DNA of 64,000 nucleotides from Chrysomallon squamiferum (lineage: Eukaryota > Animalia > Mollusca). Shown piece by piece: positions 1 through 42,531 of this stretch. The stretch's first letter is position 1. Each line of letters begins with the position of its first letter. The position numbers were made by a program, and so were the translations under genes. A model generated the notes under the pieces. It ran no database searches. It saw only the letters and a list, made by a program, of their open reading frames with translations, and had not been told where the DNA came from. The stretch lies in the NCBI GenBank assembly GCA_012295275.1, contig CM022674.1:6014001-6078000 (forward strand), read 5' to 3'.

Positions 1-42
1 TGAAGAAGATGAAAAGAAAGAAAGAAAAAAGAAATGAAATGA

Positions 43-78
<36 letters not shown>

Positions 79-389
79 ATGAAAAGAAAACCATTAAAAG
101 CTTTTATTAAACACTTTGAGTATGTTTGGCCTTTGTGTAAATACAAAGATGGGCGTTGTCACTGGGACGGAGGCCTCGTCAGCGTGATGTTGACCGAGAA
201 CTGAGAGTTGAAGTTTTCAAACTGTGAGCCCTAAGCTACAAAAATAATAATAATAAAAAAAAAAAAAAAAAAATGCACGAGTCCTGTTTAGCTAGTTTTA
301 ACAGATCATATGACCACCGAACTGAAGATTTAATTCTGAAAGCTGTAGACGTTCATTGTACATGCCTCAGAATGAGAGACTGACTGTAG

Positions 390-570
390 GTAGGTCGTGG
401 TTAGTGCTGAGATGTGACGGGTTTTAAGATCAAGTCTTCCATAGCGAACCGAGTGGGGTTATTTCCTGTTTTAACCAGTGCCCTATGTTTTGTTTGTCAC
501 GTATTGTTAGCTGCTGTTCATGAGCGGGTAAATTTAAACGAAATCATGCTGCTAATCGAAGAACAGAGCA
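390..570 (+). mobile_element. Highly degenerate tRNA-derived SINE
   Basis: gtggttagtgc A-box-like head, then tgctgctaatcgaagaa core-like segment. Confidence 0.35.
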
Positions 571-2866
571 TCCTTCGAGTTACGTCATTCTTTATCTCTG
601 TATAATTCATAGCCGTAGATACAATGCCGTATTACCAAAGATTAAAGAAATGTTTTTTAAATGGATCGTTAAATAAAATATTGCTTCTCCTTCCTTCTAT
701 ACCTAAATCGGGCCTCGTGTACAACACACACATAAACATTAAATTAAAATTAATATTTCTGCATCAAATTTCCCTGTTTCTTTTTTTGTTGTCTGTAGGC
801 TGTCGGTTTGTTTCAGTTCTGCAGTAACGTAATTCATTCAGTAACGCAGTGACCTACTGGCGACTTGGCCTGTCTTCGTTACGAAACCGGGACAAGTCTG
901 CGCGGTAAGGTCGACCTCGAGGTCACGACCTTGTAATTTTCCAAGATGAAAAATTGCCGCGGAACTGGCGTAACCACTTGGTTCATCACGTCTGCTTTCA
1001 AAAGCATGTCTCTTTGCATGCCTGACACCTGCAGAATAAAATCAGCTTGTCCCAAAGTACAATCATCGCATATTTCTTTATGTTTCAAAAAAAAAAAAAA
1101 AAAAAATAAAATAAAAAAAATAAAACATATACATAATTAACGCCATGTTTGTTTATGTTAACATCTAGCGAATATTCTAGAAATCGCGTTCGATCGGGTC
1201 ATATGCAAAAATATATTTTTGTCCCACAAAATTTGAGAATATTATCAAGAACGTGAAGCATATATGAATAAACAAAACAAAACAAAATTAAACAAATTTA
1301 TTGAAAATTCTGTGTACACTCATTTGAAGAGCGAGCTTGGTTGCAGCAAACCGGCAGACAGCGTAAACAATATTATGTCGTACGATCGATCAATCCGTTC
1401 AAGTACGCATGTTTAATTATTTTCCGTTCCAACAGATGCTCCCTGTCAGCATTATCAGTTCCCGTGATATACGCGTTACTGTTCAAGGGGTGGCGGGCTT
1501 TCGTTCATTTCATTATTATACAAGAATCTGTTAATATTACATTGTGTTAAGGTATATGTGAAAATTAGATATAATAATAATAATAATCAGACGAAGAAGA
1601 AGAAGAAAAAGAATTAATTAAAACAGAAAACAAATCTTGATAAAAGAAACCTATATTAAAAAAAATCGTACAAATAACGTCAACCTATTTCACACACACA
1701 CACACACACACATACACATACACACCCTAGAAATGAAAAAAAAAAAAAAAATAAATAAAGAACTGAAAGTAAGAAGTTTAAAAAAAAAAACCACAACAAC
1801 AAACAAACAGAAACCCCTTGAACAACAATAACAAGGACACAAAAACCACTGAATTATTCATTACGATGAATTTACATTACAAACGTACCACATCTTTTGT
1901 TCATTATTAAAACCTGACCTTTCTAACCTTTGACCTATCTCTGAGGTCCTGCGATTTGAACTCGCTGTAACATAATCGCAAATATGTAACTGGATTTTCG
2001 TTAAGTAATCAAAATGAAGACTGAGCGTGTGTTGTTTCTATGGAAACCCTATGAGTAAATTCTGTCATCAGAGTTTGAAGCGAATGTGTAAACAAGCATG
2101 AAAGCATGTGCATACCCCCCACGTTGACGGAGATTCGGTGGGTGAACGTTCTCTCTCCTTCGGCTTAACTTTACTCCTGCCCATTTACTAAGTTTAGTTA
2201 CCTGTCTGACTGTCTTTCTACGTGTGTGTCTGTTAAGTGTGTCTGTCTGTCTGTCTGTATGTTTGTGTTTACCTGACTCTCATAAGTTGAAGTGTTTCCG
2301 TGCATTCATGCGACATTCATCTGTCCATCTCTCTCAAAATGCTAAATGATATTTATCAGTCAAACGTCCATCTCTCTCTCTCTCTCTCTCTCTCCCTCTC
2401 TCTCCATCATCTATTTATCTATGTGTCTGTCTGACTGTCTTTTTCTTTGTGTGTCTGTCTGTTTGCATCTATCTGACTGTTAGACTTCTTATCAATTAAA
2501 CTGTTTCCGTACGTCCATGCTATATTATCCATTCATCCATCTGTCTGTGTATCTCTCTCTGTTTCTCTGATTGGATGTGACACTTCTTTATGACTGTCTG
2601 TCTAGCTGTTAGTGTGTCTAAAAATAATAGCATATATTTGTGGATTTAAAAAATGTCCTCAGGGCATTCCTTTGTCCTTTTAATAATACACTCACACTGG
2701 CCACGACGCACACACACCCATACACACAAAGGCACAGAAATACGTAAACAAACACAAGTGCAAAGTAGACAGAAATCTGTCTTGTCAGGGGAGGTAACCG
2801 AATAATTCAAATAGTTATTTTTTTAATTCGTTACCGTTATTTGTACAAAACAGTAAGTAAAAAACG

Positions 2867-2956
<90 letters not shown>

Positions 2957-3224
2957 TTTGTGTGTGTCTATGTTTCCTCGCTTTTAACAAGGCTTACAAA
3001 GTGTTTGCCAGCATCTAACCTTGAAAGTTTTAAAGATTGTCTCCTGGTGTGTTGTGTTGATACAGACCTGTATCACATGTTCTTTTTTTTCTTTCTTTTT
3101 TTCCAAGCTATCAGACGAACACGGTTCAACTAACTCCGTGGCAAATTAATAAGATTGTGTTTAAACGATTCCAGAGATTTGTTCATTACGTCAAGATATA
3201 ATTTACACAGGCTGAAAGTTTTTT

Positions 3225-3304
3225 TATATATGTATATGTAGATATATATATCTATGTATGTATGTATGTATGTATGTATGTATGTATGTATGTATGTATG
3301 TATG

Positions 3305-3335
<31 letters not shown>

Positions 3336-3352
3336 ATATGTATGTATATGTA

Positions 3353-3407
<55 letters not shown>

Positions 3408-3460
3408 GTATATACATATGTATATATATATATGTGTATATATGTATATATATGTATATA
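3225..3460. repeat. (TATG)n/(TA)n microsatellite
   Basis: Direct reading. Confidence 0.95.
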
Positions 3461-6274
3461 TTATGGTTGTATATCTATGTTTCTCTCTAAATACCTATCT
3501 GTATGTATGTATGCATGTATACATATATACATACAGACATACATACTTATTTACTCATTATTATTTTAAATACTGTTTTACTTGGTTGAAAGTAGAAATG
3601 ATCTTTACCACTACTATTGTTCTTGTAATCTAATACTATTATTACAGTGAAACCTATTTAACATACGTGTTCAGACATAAACGTATTAATATATATATAT
3701 ATATATATCTACAGAAATAAACGTATTTTATATACTTCTATTGTTATAAAACAAAATAAGAATAAAAATTAAATTAAATAAATAAAGAAAAAACAGAGAA
3801 AAAACAAGAATAATGAAGAAAAACAATCCTATGATTCGATATTTATTTGTTTTTACGAACTTGATATTAAGTTTGTTTTTGACATAAATAACTAAGTATA
3901 CTGAACAAAATAGTTTAGGATCATGGTATACTTATTAACACTGTTTTCATGCATGCTACAACTTAAACTTATTGCATTTTATTTTACGTATTCCTTAAAT
4001 ATTGTCGTTTCGTACACAAAATTATTTTAGTTTTTAATATTCACTATTCAGTATACCATAAACCTTTTATACCATAGTTATTATACTGTTAAAAAGTGGA
4101 TTAGAGATTTATTTATTTATTTATTTATTTATTTGTTTGTTTGTTTGTTTATATTTTTATCTGCTAGTTTATTTATCTGTTTGTTTGTTTGTTTATTTGT
4201 TTATTTATTTATTTGTCTGTTTGTTTGTTCGTTCGTTCATTCATTGATTCTAGATTGGTCTTTTTCGCCTTTATCCCGCTTTTCTATAAAATATGATTGT
4301 GGAGGGGGTGGGGTGGGAGTTTGTTCTGAGCCCCGTTTGGTGTCCGATTTGAGAAACTGGGAACCCGAGTAACGAAACAATTTTCATTAAAAAATCACAG
4401 CGTGCGTAACTGTTCGTGTGTAAAGCTTGGCGCCAAGGTTATTAAACTCTGCTCATTGTTAAAGAAAAATGTAAGAGAAGATGAGGGGCGGAAGGAAAGA
4501 GGAAAAAGACAAAACAAAGCACTTCTAAACCGTCCCACCATCTTTAAAAAAAACATAAAGATAGATATTACTGTATTTGGCAGAAAAAAAAAACAAAAAA
4601 AAAAAAAAAAAATGAATAAATAAAATTTACCAATACAACTCAAATTTATAAACTTATCTTTTAGCTAAATATTTATGTTAAAGAGGCAGCTAACCTTTTC
4701 CTACGTGGTTTGATGGAAAATTAAACAAGATAAGTTAATAAAAAAATAAAAATAAAAAATAAAAAAAAAGCATAAAATCACGTAACATTTTATTAGTGTC
4801 AATTGCTACCTTTTGACACAGAAGTGGACTTCGTTTTTGAAGTTTGAACTGTCGAGGGTTTATTTTTCCGCAGGCATCAGCAATGATTGAACAACCACTG
4901 TTATCTTAAATACCTTGTATTAAGCTTCTTTAGTTTCGTAACAGATCCATCCCTGTCTATGAGAACTATTTTATTCACTTTTTAAGTTTACTGATAATCA
5001 TGTTTTTCTGTCATCTTTACCAGTCAGGAAAATGTGACCATAAATATGTAAAAAAAAAAAAAAAAAATTCTGTTCATTTGTCTCGACAAATCAAGACAGT
5101 TCATCAGAAAATAAATCTGATAATAACGATAATGTCGACGTGCAATGACGTCGAAGAAACGAAAACGAAAAATCCAGAATTTTCCAGAAATGGAGCTTCG
5201 TTTTGGTCGCGACATAACCAAACATTGGTCATACTCGTTATTCGGAATTTTCAGTGATCTACAGATGTAGTCAAAATACCTTGTTTTTACATTTATTTAA
5301 ATTATGCACACTTTTTGATGCAATCTCGACCCAAAATTTGCTACTTCACAAATAACGGTTGTTACCGATAAACATCCGCTAATTAGGTCATCCATTTTTT
5401 AATTGCTATTTCCGGTAGCTTTTTTTGCTGTGACGTAATACGAGAGCAACCACATCACATCATATTGAACAAAAAAATATAGGGAACAACAGGTTGTCAT
5501 CGATGAAAAGGTAAATAAACTTGGCTTTCTTTTTTTTTTTTTTTTTTTACATTAAAAATTGACCCACATGTCTCGTACTGAATTGTTTGGACTAGTTAGT
5601 AACATAAAAAACAATTCTAAATTTGTGACACAGTAACAAGAATAATAATTCTTTTGCCACAGTTTGCACTTACACAGGGAGTACTTTACGGATGCCACAT
5701 TTGGCATTTATTGCAGCTGGCTATGTAATCACTACATAACATCACTACATATTTAATTACATAAACGCTCGGACATAATTGGGGTTTTTTTTTTTTTTTT
5801 TCTGCTTTTGTTTGTATAAAGCCTAATCATTGATTAGATATTCCTTTGTTGTTGTAGATTAAAGGAAAACGAGGTCACCTGGAAAGGTGAATTGAAAATT
5901 GTCGACGACTAAATGATATTAGTTATTATAGAATGACATAATAGTTTTGATATTAATTTGCATTACTGATTGGTATTAAAGGATATAATGAATAAAATAC
6001 AATTGGTACAGTTAAGTTGTTGGGTAATAGCTTTAACGAGTTGCTGATGTTTTCTTCTTTCTTTCTTCTTTTCTTTTTTCTTTCTTTCTTTCCTTTTTTA
6101 TTTTTTTATTTTAAAAAGTATCATTTTCAAGCATTATGTTGAATAAATAAACAGAGACACAAAGCTATTTAGCCAATCGGCACCAATAAAAAGAACACCA
6201 ATAAAATAACAACAGCAATAAAATAAATAAATAAATATATCGAAAAATAAAACAGCATTACACACACACACACA

Positions 6275-6355
<81 letters not shown>

Positions 6356-6512
6356 AAAATGTATTTGTTAATATTTATCAATAAATTAATTAAATAATTT
6401 TCAGATTTTTCAAATTGTCTTGTTAATGTTTAATCAGTTACATAATGTATATACATACATACATATTTTTTTGTCTTTCAGAAATTCCAGTCCTTTGGCC
6501 TCCTCTTCGAAA

Positions 6513-22256
<15,744 letters not shown>

Positions 22257-22398
22257 GCTGAGTATAAGCTATCTGAAGATTTCAGACGAAAAGTTTTACT
22301 TAAAAAAAAAAAAAAACAGAAATCGTGTCTTTGCAAATTTGTGGATCGTTTTAGTTTAAAAAAAATGAACATTTGAAATTTTGTTTTTCTAATATCTA

Positions 22399-22434
<36 letters not shown>

Positions 22435-22491
22435 TCTAAGAAATAAACAAAATGTTACCTGAAATTTAAAAATTCCACGTTCAAATAAGGC

Positions 22492-22580
<89 letters not shown>

Positions 22581-24015
22581 GCGAACGTTTTCTTCTTGTT
22601 TTTATTATAACCTAATTATAGATAACTGATTATAATGAAGCTATATATTCTACCAAAATTACCCCATAATGAAGCTTTGAATTTTGTACGTACATTCACT
22701 AAAACAGAATATTATCATTTTTTTTTTTTCATTTTAATTTTTTAAATGAACAAACACCAAATAATTGAATTTAAATGTAGTCTTTTTGAAATTTTTTTAT
22801 GTTATTTCACATAATTTATCTTACCACATACACAAATATATTTACTTTTTTAAATACACATTTTGTGTTTTATATTATTAAACGAAAAGAATAAATTAAA
22901 TATAAAAATATTGTTTGACACAAGATAATCGATAATTGTAGTCAGTTAATGGTTGTGTTTAAACAAATATGTATATGTATATGTGTGCATATATGCATGT
23001 AGTGTGGTTTAAAAAAAAACAATGGCAAAAGCTGTATGCAGATACTGAAAATTATGAAATTTAATTCATTGTGCAATGTGAAGTAGAGAATATTTGAACA
23101 CTGAAAATTAGGATACTATGGAAATTGGAATATTTATAGATTTTCAGAATTTTAAGTACTGAATATTGTGATACATTTGAAATGTAAGGATTTACAAACA
23201 GCGAGAGAGCAAATTTAAATTTATATAAACTTGAGATTCGTGCAATGTTAAGATAAAACAAATAAAAAAAATAAATAAGCTATCTAAATTACGAGATGGT
23301 AAAATTACAGTTACACAAACATTTGATAATCGGGAACAATATGAAAGTTTACAAACTCGGATTTGTGGCACACTGAAACTTCAAAAATGCACAATTGTTG
23401 TGAATTGTGACATAAGAAGAAAAAAAAATTAAATGATAATAAAAATAATTAACGATAATAAAAAATGTATATAAAATAAAAACCTCCATATTTTGTACGG
23501 TTAAGAACAGTTTTCTGTTGTATCCTGGTATCTACATGATGTATCTTCTTTTAGCATGTAGATTTCATTTGCTTCCATCTTTCCTTCGCTTTATTTTTTA
23601 AATAAATAAATAATTTATGACGAACACCACAGCACATACCACGTCATTAATTATTACTATTTAATAAACAGTTTACACACAAACACACAGAGACACACAC
23701 TCACACACCCACACAAACACACACATCAAGCAAGAATTCTTCACTTACTTAGGATTTCGGAAAACACGCTTTTAAGAGCGGAAGTTTAAGAAAACAAAAA
23801 TCACGTGATCGTTACGTAATTTCCGTTTATTCAGTGATATGAGTTAGTTTGAGATCTCAGTATTTTATAAACGTGTGTGATGTATTTCATTAATGATTCA
23901 TGGACGGACGAACAAACGAATGAATGTAGCAGAACATTGAAAATAACATTAGAGACCTCTGAATTCTGCGGGAGGCGATAATTAGAAGTTTATTTCTTCC
24001 ATAATGGATTATTTA

Positions 24016-24077
<62 letters not shown>

Positions 24078-24615
24078 TTGTGATTTTTAAAAATTATTAT
24101 ATGATATGTAATGCATATATATATACGTATCTTTTTTTTTTACTTGACTTTTAAAAATTTTTTTTTTTATACGTAATCTTCTTAATTTCTAGTTTCTAGA
24201 ATACATACATACGCACACACACAGACAGACATTATTATCTTGATAATCGTAGAATAGAAACATTTGACGTATTATTATTTCCAAGACGAATGCTTAATTA
24301 ATTCGACTATTTAGGTATTGGGAGTTAGTATTTAGATATATTTAGCCAACGTTGCATCGTCCATGCATATATGATAATGTACAAACCTGTGTAAATCTGT
24401 TAAACTGTTTTAAGAAATCTATTTTTATACCTTATGCACATATCAATAATCAGTCTGATTTTTGTATAATTAATATGCTGAAAATTAATAAAGTGGAAGT
24501 ATAATTTCCTCATCATTTCTTCTTCGTGTTTGTTATTTTTTTTAAACTGCTGTTGTAAGCCCTCGAAGAAAGAAAGAAAATAAATAAATGAACCTTGATT
24601 GTTGATGTCATGTGG

Positions 24616-25038
<423 letters not shown>

Positions 25039-25346
25039 ACAAACTGCGAAACAAAATTAAACTTGTGTTAATTTATTATAAAAATATACATGTATGATAA
25101 TGTTTGTTAGAAGTAGCTGTACTATGTGTATAGTATTTGTGCGTATATATGATACATTTTAATTCATTTTCTATAATAATATTAAAATAATATTAGTTGT
25201 CGGTTTCACAAATTAAATTCGCATTTTCGTATGTAATAATAAGCGGATACCATTTTTATTTATTATTCATTTATTTAGTTTTTGCGACCATATAGTAGAA
25301 AAAAGAACTAAGTAATAAAAATATATACATTTTTTGTAAGGGTAAA

Positions 25347-25450
25347 AACTCTAATATCAAAGTCATGTGGTTTATAGTAGGGGCAGTAACTCTAATGTCA
25401 AATTCATGTCGTGTACGAGGGGCAGTAACTCTAATGTAAAAAATCCACGT
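25347..25450. repeat. About 40 bp tandem repeat, 2.5 copies, downstream of the paralogue B stop
   Basis: aactctaat.tcaaa.tcatgt...ggggcagt units. Confidence 0.75.
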
Positions 25451-25539
25451 AGTAAGGCCAATATTCTTAAATTCATAAATTTTGGCAGGCTCAAAAAAAA
25501 CAAAAAAACTTTAATAAACGTGAAATGAACTGAAATAAA

Positions 25540-36724
<11,185 letters not shown>

Positions 36725-36813
36725 CTTTGTGATATTCAATGTAAGAATCTCTTTTAAACTGCTGCAGTAAAAAGTAAAAAATATAATACTTAATTATGTG
36801 AATTAATATACAA

Positions 36814-36884
<71 letters not shown>

Positions 36885-37558
36885 TGCACTGTTATAACAT
36901 ATACTATACCATATAGACTCATACATACATAACAAAAACATACATACACATATATATTGTGTGTGTGTGTATGCTTTTGTATATACATTTATATCTATAT
37001 ATATATATATAATATACACATACACACATACAAATACATACATTCATTCATGCATATATTCATACATACATGCATATATATATTTTTATATACACACATA
37101 CATACACAGATACACACTCATGCATATACATACATGTGTGTGTGTCTGGTTTTGTATATATATATATAATATACACATACACACATAAACACATACATAC
37201 ATTCAGTCATGCATATATTCATACATACATGCATATATATATTTTTATATACACCCATACATACACAGATACACAGACATGCATATACGTACATGCATAT
37301 CCATACATACATAACAAAACATACATACATACAGACATATAATACACACATTATACATACAAAAGCATAATAAAATTTTAAAAGGTCTAGTAAAGTAGTG
37401 TGAAATGATGCGTCTACCTATATTTACCTGGTCGTGTCAGAATCTGTCACGGTTACTGAACAGGCACAATATGTACAGCTTCGACATGATTTTTTGCATA
37501 ATTTTAATTATCAACAACATCTTTGTTATCACTGTTATTATTATTATTATTATTATTA

Positions 37559-37595
<37 letters not shown>

Positions 37596-37687
37596 CGTTA
37601 TTGTTATTATTATTATTATTATTATCGTTGTTGTTATTGTTATTAAAATGATTATTGTTATTATAATGATTATTTTTTGTTATTATT

Positions 37688-37726
<39 letters not shown>

Positions 37727-38268
37727 GTCATCATTATTATTATACTTGCAACTGCAGCCCCAAAAAGGCCCAGCTTCAGCCTAGGACGTAGGAAAAAGCA
37801 GCAAAAGATAAAAAAATCAAAAACCATTTCCTCGTACATTAATCCTGTCTCTTTCTTTTCTACACCTTTGACACCTCCCCTTATGTTTATATGTCCACCT
37901 ATGTTAAGTTGTTGTTTTTTTAGCTTACCTTAAATGACCAGTCTTGTGGCGATTTCAAAATCCGAGTCTTTAAGCGGCGAGATTATTCGCCACATCCTCC
38001 GTTCTTAACCATTTGTGAAAAATACGAGTTTACCTGTCGCCATTTTTATACCGTGCTCACGAACCGTGACATCAATACACACACGCATCGACTATTTACT
38101 TGTAAACGAGGACGTATCCTGTCCTGGTTCTAGGGGAGGTGAGTAGGCGGGCTGGAGAAATGCTGAATATAATTAATAGAAAATCACGAATTTGTGTGTG
38201 TGTGTGTGTATGTGTGTCTGTGTGTGGTTGTGTGTGTGTGTGTGAACATATTACTAACGTTATTTATC

Positions 38269-38333
<65 letters not shown>

Positions 38334-38508
38334 TATTAAAATACTTACAGCAGTATATTTCACGAGTAATAGAATCAGCAGATTGTTATACATATATAAA
38401 CTCAGATTTGTTTATAGTGGGTCAACGATATGAATACATAGTTGTTGTTTTTTGCTCTCTGTAGCTGATATTAAAAGCCTTATACACACGAGATATTTCA
38501 ATAAAATC

Positions 38509-38559
<51 letters not shown>

Positions 38560-38790
38560 CGTTCAAAATACAAACCTATTTTCAATACAGGGCCCTTTAA
38601 TTATTTATTTAAATGGAAAGGAGACAAGACTGCAACTGAAAACACAGTAACCTCTGAATGACCTTTTTTTTGCAAACAACATAAGTGAACGCATGTTCGC
38701 CCCAAAGCACGTGGGTAATATGGCTGGATATTAGTGGACATTGTGCCTTTAATATTGGTGCTGTTGCTATCTCACGGTACTTAATTTCGC

Positions 38791-38828
<38 letters not shown>

Positions 38829-39234
38829 TGTTTCAAGCTTCGTGCTGTTAATTTTTTCTACAAACGCTTGTTTTTAACCAGTTGAAATTTGTAATTTTTA
38901 TAATTAGTTTTTTTAGGGGTAATTAGCTGGTGGTAAAGAGTCTTGCTTGAACAATGAACTCTACGTGTGTAAATAACGAGTGTAGAGAACAGACTTGTAT
39001 TTTTTGTTTAGATATTTAAACAAAAAGAGTAATATTATATTACTAATACCTTATACATTAATTTTGATTGTCAGTCACGTCAGTCTAATTTAATATACTG
39101 TATTACTTGCATTATTATTGTTAAATCACCTGGATGTCGTTAATTTTTCCATCAATATTTTTTATTGCTTGTTACAATTAAAAAACTGTCACTGAGCTAG
39201 TTATATGAAAGTGTTTTATTCACATAACAATGAT

Positions 39235-39273
39235 TATTTATGTTTGGCCTTATTGGACGTTATAAAGTGCAGA

Positions 39274-39311
<38 letters not shown>

Positions 39312-39520
39312 TCTCTTTCAAGAGCTTATGTTTGCATTTACTTGACTTTGTAAAGTGATCATATGTTTGGCCTTGTTTTTGTGAAGTGCTCTTATGTGGG
39401 GCCTAACTTGGGTAAACAAAGAGTTTTTATATTTGGCCTATTTGACGGTGTGAAGTCTTCTTATGTACAGTCTTGTTTGATATTATGTAGATAATTTATT
39501 TCTATTTGACATTAAGTTAG
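39235..39520. repeat. Degenerate minisatellite of about 35 bp
   Basis: Recurrent tatgtttggcct(t)a.ttgac...gtgaagtg. Confidence 0.55.
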
Positions 39521-40348
39521 TCATTTACTTTGCTGAAAAAAAAAGAAAAGTCTCTTAATTTATCCTAGTTTGTGTTTTAATTTTAATTTTCGTTTATTCT
39601 GGCGATCATTTGCTATACAGATGTTTATACTGGAGTTAACTGTTAATTTCTTCTGCGTCGATTCTGACAATATTTATTTATTTATTTATTTATTTATTTA
39701 TTTGTTGATAGAAAGAATTAGTCTAAATATACACCGAGTATTTTCTGGTTGTTTGAGTTGTGATCTGCTTTGTAAGCTTAATAAATAACGAAGGATAACA
39801 AGAACCAATATCACCACCACTACTTCATCAGCAACAACGACAACAACAAAAAACAATTCATTCGTAACGCAACAGATACAATAATAATAATAATAATAAT
39901 AATAATTTATTCTAAAAAAAAAAAAAAAAATGATTAAACTTTTGTTTTATTTATTTCTTAATTTGTTTATTTATAACAACAAATATAAAAGTAACAACAA
40001 CATCGAAACGAATTTTGTATGGCAATTTTATTTCATAAACAATTTTTTTTTTCATGCAACATTTAAAAAAACAACATAACTTGATGAAAGATCCCAAGCA
40101 ATGCCCACCTTTCATTAACATATTATTATGCAACCGTGTGGTTGCCATGGAAACCATGCAGCCAATTAGAATACGTATATTTATAAACAAATTACAGCAA
40201 AATACATAAAACAAATTTGAGTGGATAAGTTTGTTTTTTGGCTTACTTTTTTTTTATTTTTTTATCTCTGACGAAATATAATAATAGTAATAATTAAATA
40301 ATAAAATAAAAATAAATAAAAAATAAAATATTAATTCATTAAACATAT

Positions 40349-40390
<42 letters not shown>

Positions 40391-41035
40391 GTAAAAAATA
40401 AAAAAAAATAAAAATTGAAAGAAAAAGAATATAAAAAATATAGTACCCATTCATAATCAATAAAATTAAAAACACATTTTACAATATATATATATATTTT
40501 ATATATATATTGAAGTATTTGTTTTCACTGTCACATACTCAGTATTATATGTTGATATTTATTTACGACAAACATGTTTTTTATATTTTATAATGTTCTT
40601 CCTTTACAAGTGAATCAGATTAACTGTTTACAATATTTATATGAAATAAGTAAATAAAATAAATGGAACAAATCGAAATAAAAAGACAAAGTAATAATAA
40701 TAATAATAATAATAATCATAAAGATAGAGTAATAATACACTCAAATCTGTCTTTACAGAAAACAAATCTATGTTTTTTTTACTATAATAAAGACTAATCT
40801 AAAAAATAAAACACCCAGTTTTAAGTTACACATTTCAAAAAAATAAAAATAAAAACATTAACAGCAGTATTAACCTAACAGATAAAGTAAGTTAAATTAT
40901 TTTACCACGGATATGTTAGTGATTAGTGAATAAAATTAATAAAAATAAATAAATAAATAAATATATAAAAATAAAAATAAAATAAAACAAAATGACTAGT
41001 TTATTACAAAGCAACTTACAAAAAATGAAACTTTA

Positions 41036-41102
<67 letters not shown>

Positions 41103-41442
41103 GCATAAAATAAGTACATAAATAAACTAATAATTATTAATAATTATAAACAATACAGATGAAAAATATGTTTGTTAAATAAATAAAAATAATACTAATT
41201 ACAAAATAAAAATACAGTAAAATAAATAACTGATCATCCTTTCCTGAATAAAGCACATATTAACAAACTATGTTGGTGATCACATTCATGTTTGTTTTAA
41301 GACAATTAATCTAGTCAGCTTTCACTTGGGTAATAAAAAAAAATAAAAAAGTTTCAAACTGGTTATTACTAATTCATAATTACTTAGAAGTAAATAAGTT
41401 TCTATCTCATTCAAAGCTAAGTCTTTCATCTAGCTCACAAAA

Positions 41443-41985
41443 ACCTTAACCTTGGTAACACTTGAGAAAAACCGTAACCATGGATACACTTGTTGAAACT
41501 ATGACCTTGATGACTCTTGATTCTGATTCGTTTAAACCTTGACCCCAGTGATAGTTAACAAACTCGGAACATTATGTCGTTTGTAGAAACAGTAACCCCT
41601 GGTCCTAGATGTAATAACTTTAACCTCTGTATCAGTTGTAGAATGCTAACCTCCACATTTGCACAAACCTCAACTGAATGATTCTCACACATCATTTAAC
41701 CTCACTGACATGTTAACCTGTAACTGTGAAATATTTAACACATAAACAACCTTGACCCTGATGACCACCTTAAAAATTAACTTTGACCCCTGTTTTAATA
41801 ACTCCTTAACCCTAGAACCTACTAGCACAACCATTAGCTCAAACAACCTTGACCTCTGATGATATATTTGTCCTTTACCTTTAACCCCTATTCTACTAAC
41901 ACAAACATTAACTGAAATAACCTTGAACCCCTAATGACCAACTTGTATATTAACTTTAATCCTTTTAGCTTAGTAACCTCATCAA
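41443..41985. repeat. Degenerate AACCTTGACC/TAACC-rich minisatellite
   Basis: More than a dozen aaccttga/taacct/taaccc cores at roughly 20-40 bp spacing. Confidence 0.6.
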
Positions 41986-42335
41986 GATAAATCAAATAAT
42001 GTTTTTAAATTGTTTTTTTTGTTTGTTTTTTTGCCAGACCTGAAACACAGATAAATGAATTAATAAAAATATGGGTTATAGATGCTTATTTATCAGCTAG
42101 TTAAAATAATGATGACTCAATGATGGTGACACAAACACTCATACATATATACAGACACAAAAGTATTATGTGTCTATGCATGCATTCTCCAATATCAGAC
42201 AGAAAGATTGTTGCAAAATTCATTTCAGACCAAATAAAATCCTGCTTAAAATATATAATAATTATTAATAATTAAACTGAATTCAGTAGCTTACATATTA
42301 CAAATGAAATAATAATTAATAATTAATAATAATAA

Positions 42336-42366
<31 letters not shown>

Positions 42367-42423
42367 AAGAAGAAGAGGCCAAACTTAGAACTTTACTTAC
42401 ACAAAGATTATGGCTGTCAGTGC

Positions 42424-42531
42424 TATCTTGACTGATAAAGACTGATTACAGGTAAATAAATAAATGTTACTCAACACTTTATCTTGACTGATAGACTGAT
42501 TAAAGGTAAATAAATAAATGTTACTCAACAC
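42424..42531. repeat. Tandem duplication of about 55 bp
   Basis: tatcttgactgata..gactgatta.aggtaaataaataaatgttactcaacac, two copies. Confidence 0.85.

Noticed and set aside
5176-5186. Additional TonE consensus match upstream of paralogue A
   Set aside because: Such degenerate matches are expected by chance every few kb at this base composition
5430-5516. Candidate non-coding first exons (donor aag|gtaaat at 5511 for paralogue A; donors near 37428 and 37929 for paralogue B)
   Set aside because: An upstream exon is likely because both ATG exons have acceptors, but these specific donors cannot be distinguished from chance without transcripts
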